Made by a program: the position numbers and the translations under genes. Shown here one piece after another: positions 21,107 through 29,731 of a stretch of 64,000 bases of DNA; position 1 is the first letter of the stretch; each line of letters opens with the position of its first letter. The DNA is from Bacteroidales bacterium. Its GTDB lineage: Bacteria; Bacteroidota; Bacteroidia; Bacteroidales; GCA-2748055. A model generated the notes under the pieces. The model saw only the letters and a list, made by a program, of their open reading frames with translations, was not told the DNA's origin and did not search any database. The stretch covers positions 39,253 to 103,252 of the forward strand of contig JARGFM010000009.1 of NCBI GenBank assembly GCA_029210725.1, in the 5' to 3' direction.

Positions 21107-23149
21107 ATGATACGAATAAAAGGCATATTGATTAGCGGAGCGATTGTACTGGTCCTTGCAGCGGTTCTTATTTTTGGAGGACGATGGGCCCGCGGACACG
21201 TGAATTATATAACGGCCACAGACGATCATCCCAGGACCTGCTGGAGCTGTCACATCTACACCCAGAAGGACAATTTCATCGCCAAACTGATAAACGAAAC
21301 CTACGTATCCCCCTATAAGCTGGACATCTCTCAGGATGGCAGCACCCTTTATGTGGTGGGACAGGAATCCAACGAAGTGATCGTGGTAGATACGGAAGAG
21401 GGAAAGGTCCTGGAAAAGATTCCCGTGGGACTGCGCCCCCACACAGTGACCCTGAGTCCCGACGGACAAAGTGCCTATGTAAGCAACCAGTGGGCCGATA
21501 ATATTTACCGCATCGATCTGGAAAGCCTGCGCGTGGTCGATACCCTGCTGAGCGGAGGCGGACCCGCGGGTTTGGTGATCAGTCCGGATGGAAAGCACCT
21601 CTGGTGCGTGAATTCCTATTCCAATGATATTTCGGTCTTTGACCTGGCTGATATGCAGGAGCGAAGGCGCCTGAAAGCCGGGAACAATCCTGTCTCGGCT
21701 GCCATGACGCCCGACGGCAGCGAGGTCTACGTGAGCAGCCGCCGCAGTGTGGATGTCCCCCATATGACCCATCCCCTGACCGAATTAACCGTGACCAGCA
21801 CCAAATACCAGCGGGTGAGCGACCGCAAAATGTTCCAGGATGCCTATATCATGGAAACGGTGGATGTAAGCCCGTCGGGCGACCTGGTATTGGCCACCCT
21901 GATCCGTCCGAAGAACCTTATTCCCACTATACAGATCGAGAGGGGCTGGATGATGACCCAGGGACTGGGCATTATCGAAAGGGAAAGCGGACGTATGGTC
22001 CAGCTGCTTCTCGACGAACCCAATGCCTTTTATGCCGATCCCTTCGGACTGGTAATCACTCCGGACGGGAAAAGAGCCTTTGTATCGCACGGGGCGGTAA
22101 ACAAGGTAACTGCCATCGACCTGGAAAAACTGCGCCAGGTACTTGCCGAAGTCCCGGACGAAGAACTGGAGGACTATGCCAATCACCTGGGATTAAGCAG
22201 CCGCTATGTCATCGGCCGCATTCCCACCGGGGCCAACCCGAAAGGGATGGTGCTGTCGCCCGACGGCCGCCTGCTTTACGTAGCCGAACGCCTGAACGAC
22301 CGGATTGCAGTGATCAATACGGAAAGTCTGGAAACGGTTGGAACCATCGGGCTGGAAGGGCCCCGGAGGCGAACCGTGGCCCGACACGGACGGCAGGTCC
22401 TGAACAATGCCAGTGGAACTTTCCAGAACCAGTATGCCTGCTATACCTGTCACCCTGATGCCCACGAGGACGGACTGGTCTACAATATGGCGGGGACGGA
22501 CATGGGACGAAACCTGGCTAATGTGCAAACCCTGAGGGATATAGGAGATATCCCTCCCTATAAGTGGAACGGAAAGAACCAGACTATCTACAAGCAGGAC
22601 GGCATGCGCTTCTCCACCATCCTGACCCGGAACGAGGCCTTTAGCTACAAAGAGCTGGATGCCCTGGTGGCCTATATCGTAACCGGAATTCCGAATCCGC
22701 CCAATCTCAGATATAATCCCACAGGGGAACTGACAGCCAAACAACAACGGGGCAAGGAGATCTTTTACCGGACCCACGATAACTTTGGCAACGAAATACC
22801 TGAAAAGAACCGCTGTCACACCTGTCACCCGCCTCCCTACTTCACCAATTTGGAGATGACCGATGTAGGGACCCTGGCCAACTCGGACGATCCCATGAAA
22901 TTTGACGTCCCCCAGCTAAACAATGTCTATGAATCGGCCCCCTACCTGCACGACGGGAAGGCCCCAACCCTGGAGGAGATCTGGACCAAATTCAATGACC
23001 ACGACGAGCACGGAGTGGCCAATGATATGTTTAAAGATCAGTTAAACGACCTGGTCGAGTACCTGAAGTCGCTCGGGGATGCGAAAAACTATATGGAGGA
23101 AGCCAAAATCTATGAAGCCTCTGTGTCAAAAAAAAATAAGCAAGAATGA
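21107..23149 (+). CDS. Membrane-anchored tri-heme protein: N-terminal CXXCH + YVTN-type beta-propeller + di-heme cytochrome c peroxidase (CCP/MauG)-like domain
   Basis: 680 aa with an N-terminal TM helix. The three CXXCH motifs are CWSCH (21239..21253), CYTCH (22439..22453) and CHTCH (22814..22828). YVTN-like blades are LYVVGQESNEVIVVD, LSPDGQSAYVSNQWADNIYRID, ISPDGKHLWCVNSYSNDISVFD and LSPDGRLLYVAERLNDRIAVIN. The CCP-like tail is DVPQLNNVYESAPYLHDGKAPTLEEIW. Confidence 0.7.
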   Translation: MIRIKGILISGAIVLVLAAVLIFGGRWARGHVNYITATDDHPRTCWSCHIYTQKDNFIAKLINETYVSPYKLDISQDGSTLYVVGQESNEVIVVDTEEGKVLEKIPVGLRPHTVTLSPDGQSAYVSNQWADNIYRIDLESLRVVDTLLSGGGPAGLVISPDGKHLWCVNSYSNDISVFDLADMQERRRLKAGNNPVSAAMTPDGSEVYVSSRRSVDVPHMTHPLTELTVTSTKYQRVSDRKMFQDAYIMETVDVSPSGDLVLATLIRPKNLIPTIQIERGWMMTQGLGIIERESGRMVQLLLDEPNAFYADPFGLVITPDGKRAFVSHGAVNKVTAIDLEKLRQVLAEVPDEELEDYANHLGLSSRYVIGRIPTGANPKGMVLSPDGRLLYVAERLNDRIAVINTESLETVGTIGLEGPRRRTVARHGRQVLNNASGTFQNQYACYTCHPDAHEDGLVYNMAGTDMGRNLANVQTLRDIGDIPPYKWNGKNQTIYKQDGMRFSTILTRNEAFSYKELDALVAYIVTGIPNPPNLRYNPTGELTAKQQRGKEIFYRTHDNFGNEIPEKNRCHTCHPPPYFTNLEMTDVGTLANSDDPMKFDVPQLNNVYESAPYLHDGKAPTLEEIWTKFNDHDEHGVANDMFKDQLNDLVEYLKSLGDAKNYMEEAKIYEASVSKKNKQE

Positions 23150-24219
23150 AAAAAGCACTGTTCATTGCCGGTCTATGTATGGTAGTCCCGGTCTTACTGA
23201 TGGCCGCGGAGCCGGAAGAAAAAAACAGTACCCTGCCGGAATTCGGCAACTGGGAAACCTTTACAACTAAAAATGGTCTGCCTGCCAACAAGGTCTATTG
23301 TGTGAGAGCCGACGGCGACCGGGTATGGATCGGTACCAGCCACGGACTGGTTCTTTATGAGAATGACGAATTTAAAACCTTTACCGAGGAGGACGGACTG
23401 GCCCACCCCGGTGTGCTTGCCATTGATGTGAGCGAGCTTACCGGCGATGTCTGGATCGGAACGCTGGGAGGATTGAACCGTTATTCGGGCGGGCAATTTG
23501 AGACTTTCACCCAGTTTAACAGCGGACTGGCCAATGATGTGATCTATTCGGTGATTTGCGATGGCAAGGATGTCTGGTGTGCCACCGGTGGCGGAGCAGG
23601 ACATTACGACACCTACCAGGAAGAATGGGCCATTTACACGGAACGTAATGCTCCCATGCACGAACCATGGACCTACAGTGTCTGTGCCGGGGATAACAAG
23701 GTCTGGATTGCTGCCTGGGGCGGTGGAGTGATCGAATGGCAAAAAGAAAACCAGACTTTCCGGGACTATGTGGACCCGGATGGCGAAATGGAAATCGACC
23801 TCTTCCCCGACGACGGGGTGGTTCACGATATTACCACCGCGGTATCCTTTGACAACGGCATCCTCTGGGTAGCCACCTACTTTGGAATGAGCCGTTACGA
23901 CGGGACCCACTGGAAAGGCTATTTTGATCATGACAGCGGACTGGCCAGCAACTTTATCAACTTTCTCAGAGCAGTCGATGATGTGGTCTACCTTTGTACG
24001 GACAAAGGACTCAGCAGCTTTAACAGTGAAGAGTGGGTCAGCTACCAGAAAACAGATCAGGGAGGAAGACGGCTCTACTGGAAGGATGGCAACGCCTCCA
24101 CCAAAGAGGATCCCACCGGGATCGCCCACAGTTTTACCATCGGGATGGATATCCAGGGGGATGACACCATCTGGGTGGCCACCTCCTACGGTCTGAGCCG
24201 CGGTCACAGAATCAATTAA
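23146..24219 (+). CDS. Secreted two-component-regulator-propeller (Reg_prop) repeat protein without kinase or DNA-binding domains
   Basis: 357 aa with a signal peptide. Repeats are NGLPANKVYCVRADGDRVWIGTSHGLVLY, DGLAHPGVLAID...DVWIGTLGGLNRY, SGLANDVIYSVICDGKDVWCATGGG and SGLASNFINFL. The start overlaps the previous stop (ATGA, 23146..23149). Confidence 0.7.
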   Translation: MKKALFIAGLCMVVPVLLMAAEPEEKNSTLPEFGNWETFTTKNGLPANKVYCVRADGDRVWIGTSHGLVLYENDEFKTFTEEDGLAHPGVLAIDVSELTGDVWIGTLGGLNRYSGGQFETFTQFNSGLANDVIYSVICDGKDVWCATGGGAGHYDTYQEEWAIYTERNAPMHEPWTYSVCAGDNKVWIAAWGGGVIEWQKENQTFRDYVDPDGEMEIDLFPDDGVVHDITTAVSFDNGILWVATYFGMSRYDGTHWKGYFDHDSGLASNFINFLRAVDDVVYLCTDKGLSSFNSEEWVSYQKTDQGGRRLYWKDGNASTKEDPTGIAHSFTIGMDIQGDDTIWVATSYGLSRGHRIN

Positions 24220-24221
24220 GC

Positions 24222-25553
24222 ATGAACGGAATCTCAATGGATCGAATCATGAAACATAGCAAACATATAGCAAGGACAATTCTCCTGGGCCTAACAGGGC
24301 TGTTAGTACTCTCTTCGCCCCCGGATCTGAATGCGCAGAGGTACCAGGAGAAGGATGATAACTATGGGAAGACACCCAGTGAAATGCTTCCTTACGGAAA
24401 CTACCAGGATGCCTATATCTACCATTTTCATGAGCCTCAACCCTTCCTGGGAGCCGGACGTGAAAAGAAGGAACCCACCGGGCTTTCAGAAGTACGGATC
24501 GGTGTGCTGGCTCCGCTGTCCGGCGATGTATTGTCCCCGCAGGGAAACCAGTTGCTTCAGGGAGCCATGCTGGCAGCCGAAGAGGCCAGTAAGCGAGGGG
24601 GCTATAAGGGACTTCCCTTCAAGGTCATGCCGCACAACGATGTGGGACTCTGGGGGGCAGCAGCCAACGAGGTGGTTAAAATGCATGACGAAGGCGCCTG
24701 GGCTGTTCTGGGCACCATCGATGATGTGAACTCCCACGTGGCCATCCGGGTCGCCCTGAAACTCGAGATACCGGTCGTCAATTGCGGGGACCCCGATCCC
24801 ACCTTCACCGAAACAGCCATCCCCTGGGTTATCCGGGTCATCGGCGATGACCGCCAGAGCAGTTACGCCCTGGTGGATTATATCCACCGCAAGATGGAAC
24901 ATAAGCGGGTAGCCGTGTTACGTGCCAACAACCGCTACGGGAGGGTGGGCATCATGGAATTCCGGGACGCCGCCCTGAGAATTGGCTATCCCCTGGTTCT
25001 GGAGGTCCGTTACGATGAGGGCGAAACCACCTTTGACGCACAGATCGAACGGATGAAGAACTCGAATCCCGATGCCATCTTACTCTGGGGGAATGCTAAT
25101 TCCATGGCGATGATCGTGAACCAGATCAGGGAGATGGGTATGGAACAACCCATCTATGCCTCGGACCGCTCAGTCAATCCGGATTTCCTGGAAATTGCCG
25201 GGGAAAATGCCGAGGGCATCATCACCACCTGCCAGTACAATCCCAAAGCGGACTCCCCTCAATTGAAAGCCTTTCAGGAAAATTATAAAAAACGCTTTGG
25301 AATGGAGCCGGATGTTTTTGCAGCACATGCTTATGACGGGATGAACCTGATTATTAAATCCATCGAGAAGGTAGGACTCAACAAGGCACTGATCCGGGAT
25401 AAACTTACCGATCTGAAAACCTTCCAGGGTTACGAAGGAATTACAGGTCCGATCATCCTGGACGGTTCATGGAATGATATCGGGTCTATCTTTCTGGCAG
25501 AGATCAAAGAAGGGGACTACCATTTCTCCCCGGCATCCTGGGAATGGAAATAG
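24222..25553 (+). CDS. Type I periplasmic solute-binding protein (LivK/Peripla_BP_6 family), exported
   Basis: 443 aa, with an alternative start at ATG 24249. The signal ends LNAQ. VRIGVLAPLSGDVLSPQGNQLLQGAMLAAEEASKRGGYKGLPFKV...AVLGTIDD is the typical branched-chain amino acid/amide-binding fold signature. It starts 2 nt after the previous stop. Confidence 0.75.
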   Translation: MNGISMDRIMKHSKHIARTILLGLTGLLVLSSPPDLNAQRYQEKDDNYGKTPSEMLPYGNYQDAYIYHFHEPQPFLGAGREKKEPTGLSEVRIGVLAPLSGDVLSPQGNQLLQGAMLAAEEASKRGGYKGLPFKVMPHNDVGLWGAAANEVVKMHDEGAWAVLGTIDDVNSHVAIRVALKLEIPVVNCGDPDPTFTETAIPWVIRVIGDDRQSSYALVDYIHRKMEHKRVAVLRANNRYGRVGIMEFRDAALRIGYPLVLEVRYDEGETTFDAQIERMKNSNPDAILLWGNANSMAMIVNQIREMGMEQPIYASDRSVNPDFLEIAGENAEGIITTCQYNPKADSPQLKAFQENYKKRFGMEPDVFAAHAYDGMNLIIKSIEKVGLNKALIRDKLTDLKTFQGYEGITGPIILDGSWNDIGSIFLAEIKEGDYHFSPASWEWK

Positions 25554-25589
25554 TACCTTAAGAAACCTTAAACCAACAAGGAGGAAGAG

Positions 25590-26456
25590 ATGCAAACAGA
25601 TACGTGTAGTATTGAAACCACCCTCAAAAGTGATGATCCCGACCTGGTCAGCAGAAGCGCCAGACCGGAGGGCACTATTGTTAATGTCAACGGCATCCGG
25701 ATCGGTGGCAAGGAGATTGTCATCATGGCCGGCCCCTGTGCCGTTGAGAGCGAGGTGCAATTAAGTGAAACAGCAAAAAGTGTCCGAAGCCTGGGAGCTT
25801 CCATCCTGAGAGGCGGGGCTTTTAAGCCGCGGACCTCCCCTTACAGTTTTCAGGGCCTGGGCATAGAGGGACTGGAGATGCTGGAAAGAGCCCGGGGTTT
25901 GACCGGTTTATCTGTGGTCTCTGAGGTCATGGATACCCGGCAGGTAGAGACCGTGGCCAGGTATGCCGATATGCTGCAGATCGGTTCCAGGAACATGCAG
26001 AACTTCCCCCTGCTGAAAGAGGCAGGGAAAACCTCCAAACCCATCCTTTTGAAGCGGGGGATGATGGCCACCATCGATGAATACCTGTATGCGGCCGAAT
26101 ACCTGCTTTCACAGGGAAATACCCAGGTGGTACTGTGCGAAAGAGGCATCCGGACCTTTGAATCATCCACCCGCTACACCCTGGATCTTAATGCCATTCC
26201 GGTACTGAAACAACGCACTCATTTACCCGTGATTGTGGATCCAAGTCATGGCACAGGGATACGATCCCTGGTGCCTACCATGGCCAGGGCCTCTATTGCC
26301 GCAGGGGCGGACGGATTATTAATGGAGGTACACTACCGGCCCGAAGAAGCCCTTTGTGATGGTTCACAATCCCTTTATCCCGAGGAGTTCGGGAGGATGA
26401 TGGGAGATCTCCGGAAAGTGGCAGAGGCCATAGGCCGCTCCATTCACGTGCTCTAA
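25590..26456 (+). CDS. 3-deoxy-7-phosphoheptulonate (DAHP) synthase, type I-beta
   Basis: 288 aa. [45 protein letters not shown] and VIVDPSH are DAHPS I-beta hallmarks. KPRTSP, as opposed to the KDO8PS variant, supports the DAHPS call. Confidence 0.85.
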   Translation: MQTDTCSIETTLKSDDPDLVSRSARPEGTIVNVNGIRIGGKEIVIMAGPCAVESEVQLSETAKSVRSLGASILRGGAFKPRTSPYSFQGLGIEGLEMLERARGLTGLSVVSEVMDTRQVETVARYADMLQIGSRNMQNFPLLKEAGKTSKPILLKRGMMATIDEYLYAAEYLLSQGNTQVVLCERGIRTFESSTRYTLDLNAIPVLKQRTHLPVIVDPSHGTGIRSLVPTMARASIAAGADGLLMEVHYRPEEALCDGSQSLYPEEFGRMMGDLRKVAEAIGRSIHVL

Positions 26457-26468
26457 ACCGGCCAGGTT

Positions 26469-27557
26469 TTGACCCGGCTTTCACGATACCTGTTTCTGGC
26501 GATCGTGGCCCTTCCTTTTGACGGGGCCGCTCAGGATCAGCAGCGAGTTCCCGGGGAGCATCTGACCCCTTCAGGCAAGATAGGCATCGGACTGCTCCTC
26601 CCCGATCCCAGCTATTGGAAAGTAGCTGAGGCAGCAGAACTGGCCATTCTGGAAGCCAATGATGCAGGCGGCTATAAGCAGCACGATTTTGAACTGATCA
26701 TCCGCACTGCAGAAGGGTTCTGGGGCGCAGGTTCCAAAGAATCGGTCAGTTTGGTTTATGAGGACCGTGTCCGGGCTATCATCGGGTCACTGGACGGCCG
26801 GAACGGACATCTGGCCGAACAGGTGGCCACCAAGTCGCACCTCACTTACATGGAGACCTTCGCCACCGAGCCCACCCTTTCTCAGGCCTTTGTTCCCTGG
26901 TTCATGCGGGTGGTGCCCAATGATGACCAGCAGGCGGCTGTCATCCTGGACCAGATACAAAAAGAAGGCGGAGGAAAAACCGGCATCCTCTCGGTAGAGA
27001 GCTACGACACCCGTTATGCCATTAAAAGTCTTACCAAAGCGGTAACTCAGAAAACCGGAATGGCACCAGTGCTAATCCCCCTGGATACCAGCCATACCAG
27101 GCAGCAGAGAGTTTTCGGTCAGATCATAAGCAATGAACTGGATCACTTAATTATTCCCTACTACGCAGCTAACATGAGTGATCTGATTCAAAGCCTTGGA
27201 ACGCAGAAACCAGGCCTGAAAATCTATGGCACCCTCCACTTTAAGATGGGAATGGAGAGCCGGGAATCGGGCTCTGAAGCTTTCGAAGGAATTTACCTGA
27301 TTGGTCTGCATGCTGCCAGGGAAAGCAAGTTTCCGGACTGCCGCTCTGCCTATTTGTACGATGCTGTAAACCTGGTTATCAATGCAATTCAGCATGTCGG
27401 AACAGACAGGACATCCATCACAAATTACCTGAGCGAATCGACCTTTTACAAAGGGCTAAGCGGCACTATCTCCTTTGACGAACTGGGAAACAGGAAAAGT
27501 GTTCCTTCCCTGCTGCGTATTGAAAACGGGAGCCTGCATGTATTAAATCACCCCTGA
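26469..27557 (+). CDS. Type I periplasmic solute-binding protein (LivK/Peripla_BP_6 family), exported; TTG start
   Basis: 362 aa. The TTG at 26469 is followed directly by a signal peptide (LFLAIVALPFDGAAQ), and there is no in-frame ATG for about 120 codons. IGIGLLLPD...AELAILEANDAGGYKQHDFELI...AIIGSLDG follows the same fold pattern as 24222..25553. Confidence 0.7.
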   Translation: MTRLSRYLFLAIVALPFDGAAQDQQRVPGEHLTPSGKIGIGLLLPDPSYWKVAEAAELAILEANDAGGYKQHDFELIIRTAEGFWGAGSKESVSLVYEDRVRAIIGSLDGRNGHLAEQVATKSHLTYMETFATEPTLSQAFVPWFMRVVPNDDQQAAVILDQIQKEGGGKTGILSVESYDTRYAIKSLTKAVTQKTGMAPVLIPLDTSHTRQQRVFGQIISNELDHLIIPYYAANMSDLIQSLGTQKPGLKIYGTLHFKMGMESRESGSEAFEGIYLIGLHAARESKFPDCRSAYLYDAVNLVINAIQHVGTDRTSITNYLSESTFYKGLSGTISFDELGNRKSVPSLLRIENGSLHVLNHP

Positions 27558-27562
27558 AACAC

Positions 27563-29059
27563 TTAGCTGGAAGGGGTATTAAAGGAGAGGGAGTTTACAT
27601 AAATATCCTGGAAATCCTTCTCAGACTCCAGGTTCACATGGCTGCTAAGGCCCAGAATCTTTTCAGTCAGCTCCATCGGGGAAAAGAGAAACATCTTGGC
27701 TCCCATCAAAGCGGAGTTTCCCAGTTTTCGAAAACGATCCGGAGGAAAATCCATCATTCCTGTCCGAAGCATCTTCTCCAGATTAATATAGGTACCAAAA
27801 GCCCCGGATATGTAAATACGGGAGATCTCCTCTGCACTGATTCCAAGCTTTCGCAGCAGAATAGTCAGACCGGCCGCGATGGCTGCCTTGGCCAGCAGGA
27901 ACTCCTGGATATCCCTGGCTGTAAGGCTGACCCCCTCCGTAAGAGCTATCTCCCCATCACCTGAGAGGATCTCCCCAAAAACTCCCAGCATACCCCTGTC
28001 CAGGAGCGTGGCCACCGCATCGATCAGGCCGCTTCCGCAGATTCCTGAAGCCGGAACATTCCCGATCACCCGGCAACTTAATCCCTCCCCGCTGTCCGTG
28101 ACCGACGAAATAGCCCCGGTAGTGGCCAGCATCCCCCTGGATATCCTGGCACCTTCAAAAGCAGGTCCTGCTGCGGTGGAGGCACATAACAAGCGCTCTC
28201 TGTTCCCAACGACAATCTCCCCGTTGGTTCCCAGGTCCACCAGTACCGAATACTCCTTTCTGCGCCACAGGTCCGTGGCATGTATTCCCGCCAGGATATC
28301 ACTTCCCACAAAGCTCCCGATGGAAGGGAAGAAGCTGATCCGGTCACAGTTTAAATCCCAGTCCAGCCCGGAGGCGCTGAATTCCCTGATTCCCAGGTCG
28401 GGCGAATCAAAGGGATAATAAGCCAGCGGCCTGATATCGGCGCCGGAAAACAGATGCTGCATCACCGTGTTCCCCACCATCACGATCCTCTCGATCCTGG
28501 TCTTTCTTCCTCCGGTCAGCTTCAGTAACATGGCTCCGATCTCCTCCCGGATCAAGCGGCTTAGCCGGGGCCCGTTCCCGGCAAGTGCCGATTCAAGCCT
28601 GGTGATCAGATCGCTTCCCCATCTGCGCTGGGGGTTCAGGGCTGTTTCAACAGCAAGCACCTTTGAGCTAGAGAGGTCCACCAGCTGCGCCACCAGGGTG
28701 GTGGTTCCCAGATCCACTGCCACTCCATAACCGGAAAGGGGCACAAACGAGAAGGAACTTTCATCGGCCTGGATCATCGTTTCGAACTGTCCCACTTCCA
28801 GCACCAGATCCTCCTCAGCCCTGCTCATGCAAGCCAGTCTCCACTCCGGGGAAAGTCCCAGTTCTTTAAGTTTTCTCTGATGCTCCGGAATGGTTTGGAT
28901 TAGGCCCCCGGCTACCTTCACTTTACACTTGCCACATCTTCCCTTCCCCCCGCAGGGAAATTCAACACCGAATTCGTGCAGAGCATCGATTAAGGAAGCT
29001 CCCCTGGTGACTGTCAGTTCTTTGCCAGGAGGAAGTAGTGTGATCCGGACGGTTTCCAA
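27563..29059 (-). CDS. Corrinoid reductive activase (RACo/AcsV-like: N-terminal 2Fe-2S ferredoxin + ASKHA ATPase, DUF4445)
   Basis: 498 aa. The N-terminus FPCGGKGRCGKCKVKV...RLACMS is a plant-type 2Fe-2S motif. It is followed by ASKHA-like phosphate loops (YGVAVDLGTTT, VLVDLGTNGE) and ICGSGLID. Confidence 0.8.
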   Translation of the reverse strand: METVRITLLPPGKELTVTRGASLIDALHEFGVEFPCGGKGRCGKCKVKVAGGLIQTIPEHQRKLKELGLSPEWRLACMSRAEEDLVLEVGQFETMIQADESSFSFVPLSGYGVAVDLGTTTLVAQLVDLSSSKVLAVETALNPQRRWGSDLITRLESALAGNGPRLSRLIREEIGAMLLKLTGGRKTRIERIVMVGNTVMQHLFSGADIRPLAYYPFDSPDLGIREFSASGLDWDLNCDRISFFPSIGSFVGSDILAGIHATDLWRRKEYSVLVDLGTNGEIVVGNRERLLCASTAAGPAFEGARISRGMLATTGAISSVTDSGEGLSCRVIGNVPASGICGSGLIDAVATLLDRGMLGVFGEILSGDGEIALTEGVSLTARDIQEFLLAKAAIAAGLTILLRKLGISAEEISRIYISGAFGTYINLEKMLRTGMMDFPPDRFRKLGNSALMGAKMFLFSPMELTEKILGLSSHVNLESEKDFQDIYVNSLSFNTPSS

Positions 29060-29062
29060 AAG

Positions 29063-29731
29063 CTAAACGGCAAGTTCTTTTAAGTATTCCACGGCACCGC
29101 GGGGATCGGGGGAATAGAAATCAGCTCCGATCTGGATTCTGAACTCGTCTGTCAGAGGAGCTCCGCCCACCAGGATCCTGGTACCGGGATGAGTCCCTTT
29201 GATCTTCCTTACAATCTCCTCCATATTGGCCATGGTAGTGGTAAGCAGAGCGGACAGGCCGACCACCGCCCCCGGATTCTCCGAAACTGCCTGTGTAAAG
29301 GTATCTTCATTCACATCCACGCCCAGGTCAATGATGCTCCATCCCCCGCCTTCCACCATCATAGCCACCAGATTCTTTCCAATATCGTGCAGGTCACCCT
29401 TCACGGTACCGATGATAAAGGTTCCTTTGGTTTTCACATCACCACTCTGAAAGAAGGGCTTCAGGTGCTTCATGGCAGCCCCCATGGCTTTGGCGGACAT
29501 TAACATCTGGGGGACAAATATCTTGTTCTCTGAAAACTTTTGTCCGATGCGGTCCATGGCCGGGACCAGCGCCACGGTAAGAATATCTGAGGGAGATACT
29601 CCACTGGCCAGAGCCTCGAAGGCAATTTCATCCGCTCCGTCCAGTCCCTTCATCTGCGGGGGATAGGGGGAGTTTTTGTCCACTTTTCCAGCTTCCACTG
29701 CTTCACCAAGTTTTACTAATAAGGAATCCAT
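29063..29731 (-). CDS. Cobalamin-binding corrinoid protein (methyltransferase cognate, MtbC/MttC-like)
   Basis: 222 aa with an N-terminal B12-binding cap helix bundle. The Rossmann domain carries the DxHxxG motif (VKGDLHDIGKNLV) and GLSALLTTT. Its stop lies 3 nt before the activase start. Confidence 0.85.
   Translation of the reverse strand: MDSLLVKLGEAVEAGKVDKNSPYPPQMKGLDGADEIAFEALASGVSPSDILTVALVPAMDRIGQKFSENKIFVPQMLMSAKAMGAAMKHLKPFFQSGDVKTKGTFIIGTVKGDLHDIGKNLVAMMVEGGGWSIIDLGVDVNEDTFTQAVSENPGAVVGLSALLTTTMANMEEIVRKIKGTHPGTRILVGGAPLTDEFRIQIGADFYSPDPRGAVEYLKELAV

Noticed and set aside
19712-23149. Literal interpretation of the HzsA-like/CCP-like pair as a functional hydrazine synthase (anammox)
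   Set aside because: No hydrazine dehydrogenase, nitrite reductase or anammoxosome-related genes are present, and the genomic context is a glycan-degrading Bacteroidota. Only the domain-architecture analogy is retained as a hypothesis.
20813-24237. Minus-strand ORFs 20813..21772 (319 aa), 22193..22828 (211 aa) and 23194..24237 (347 aa)
   Set aside because: They are antisense to well-supported plus-strand genes (heme motifs, propeller repeats). Their composition is typical of shadow frames.
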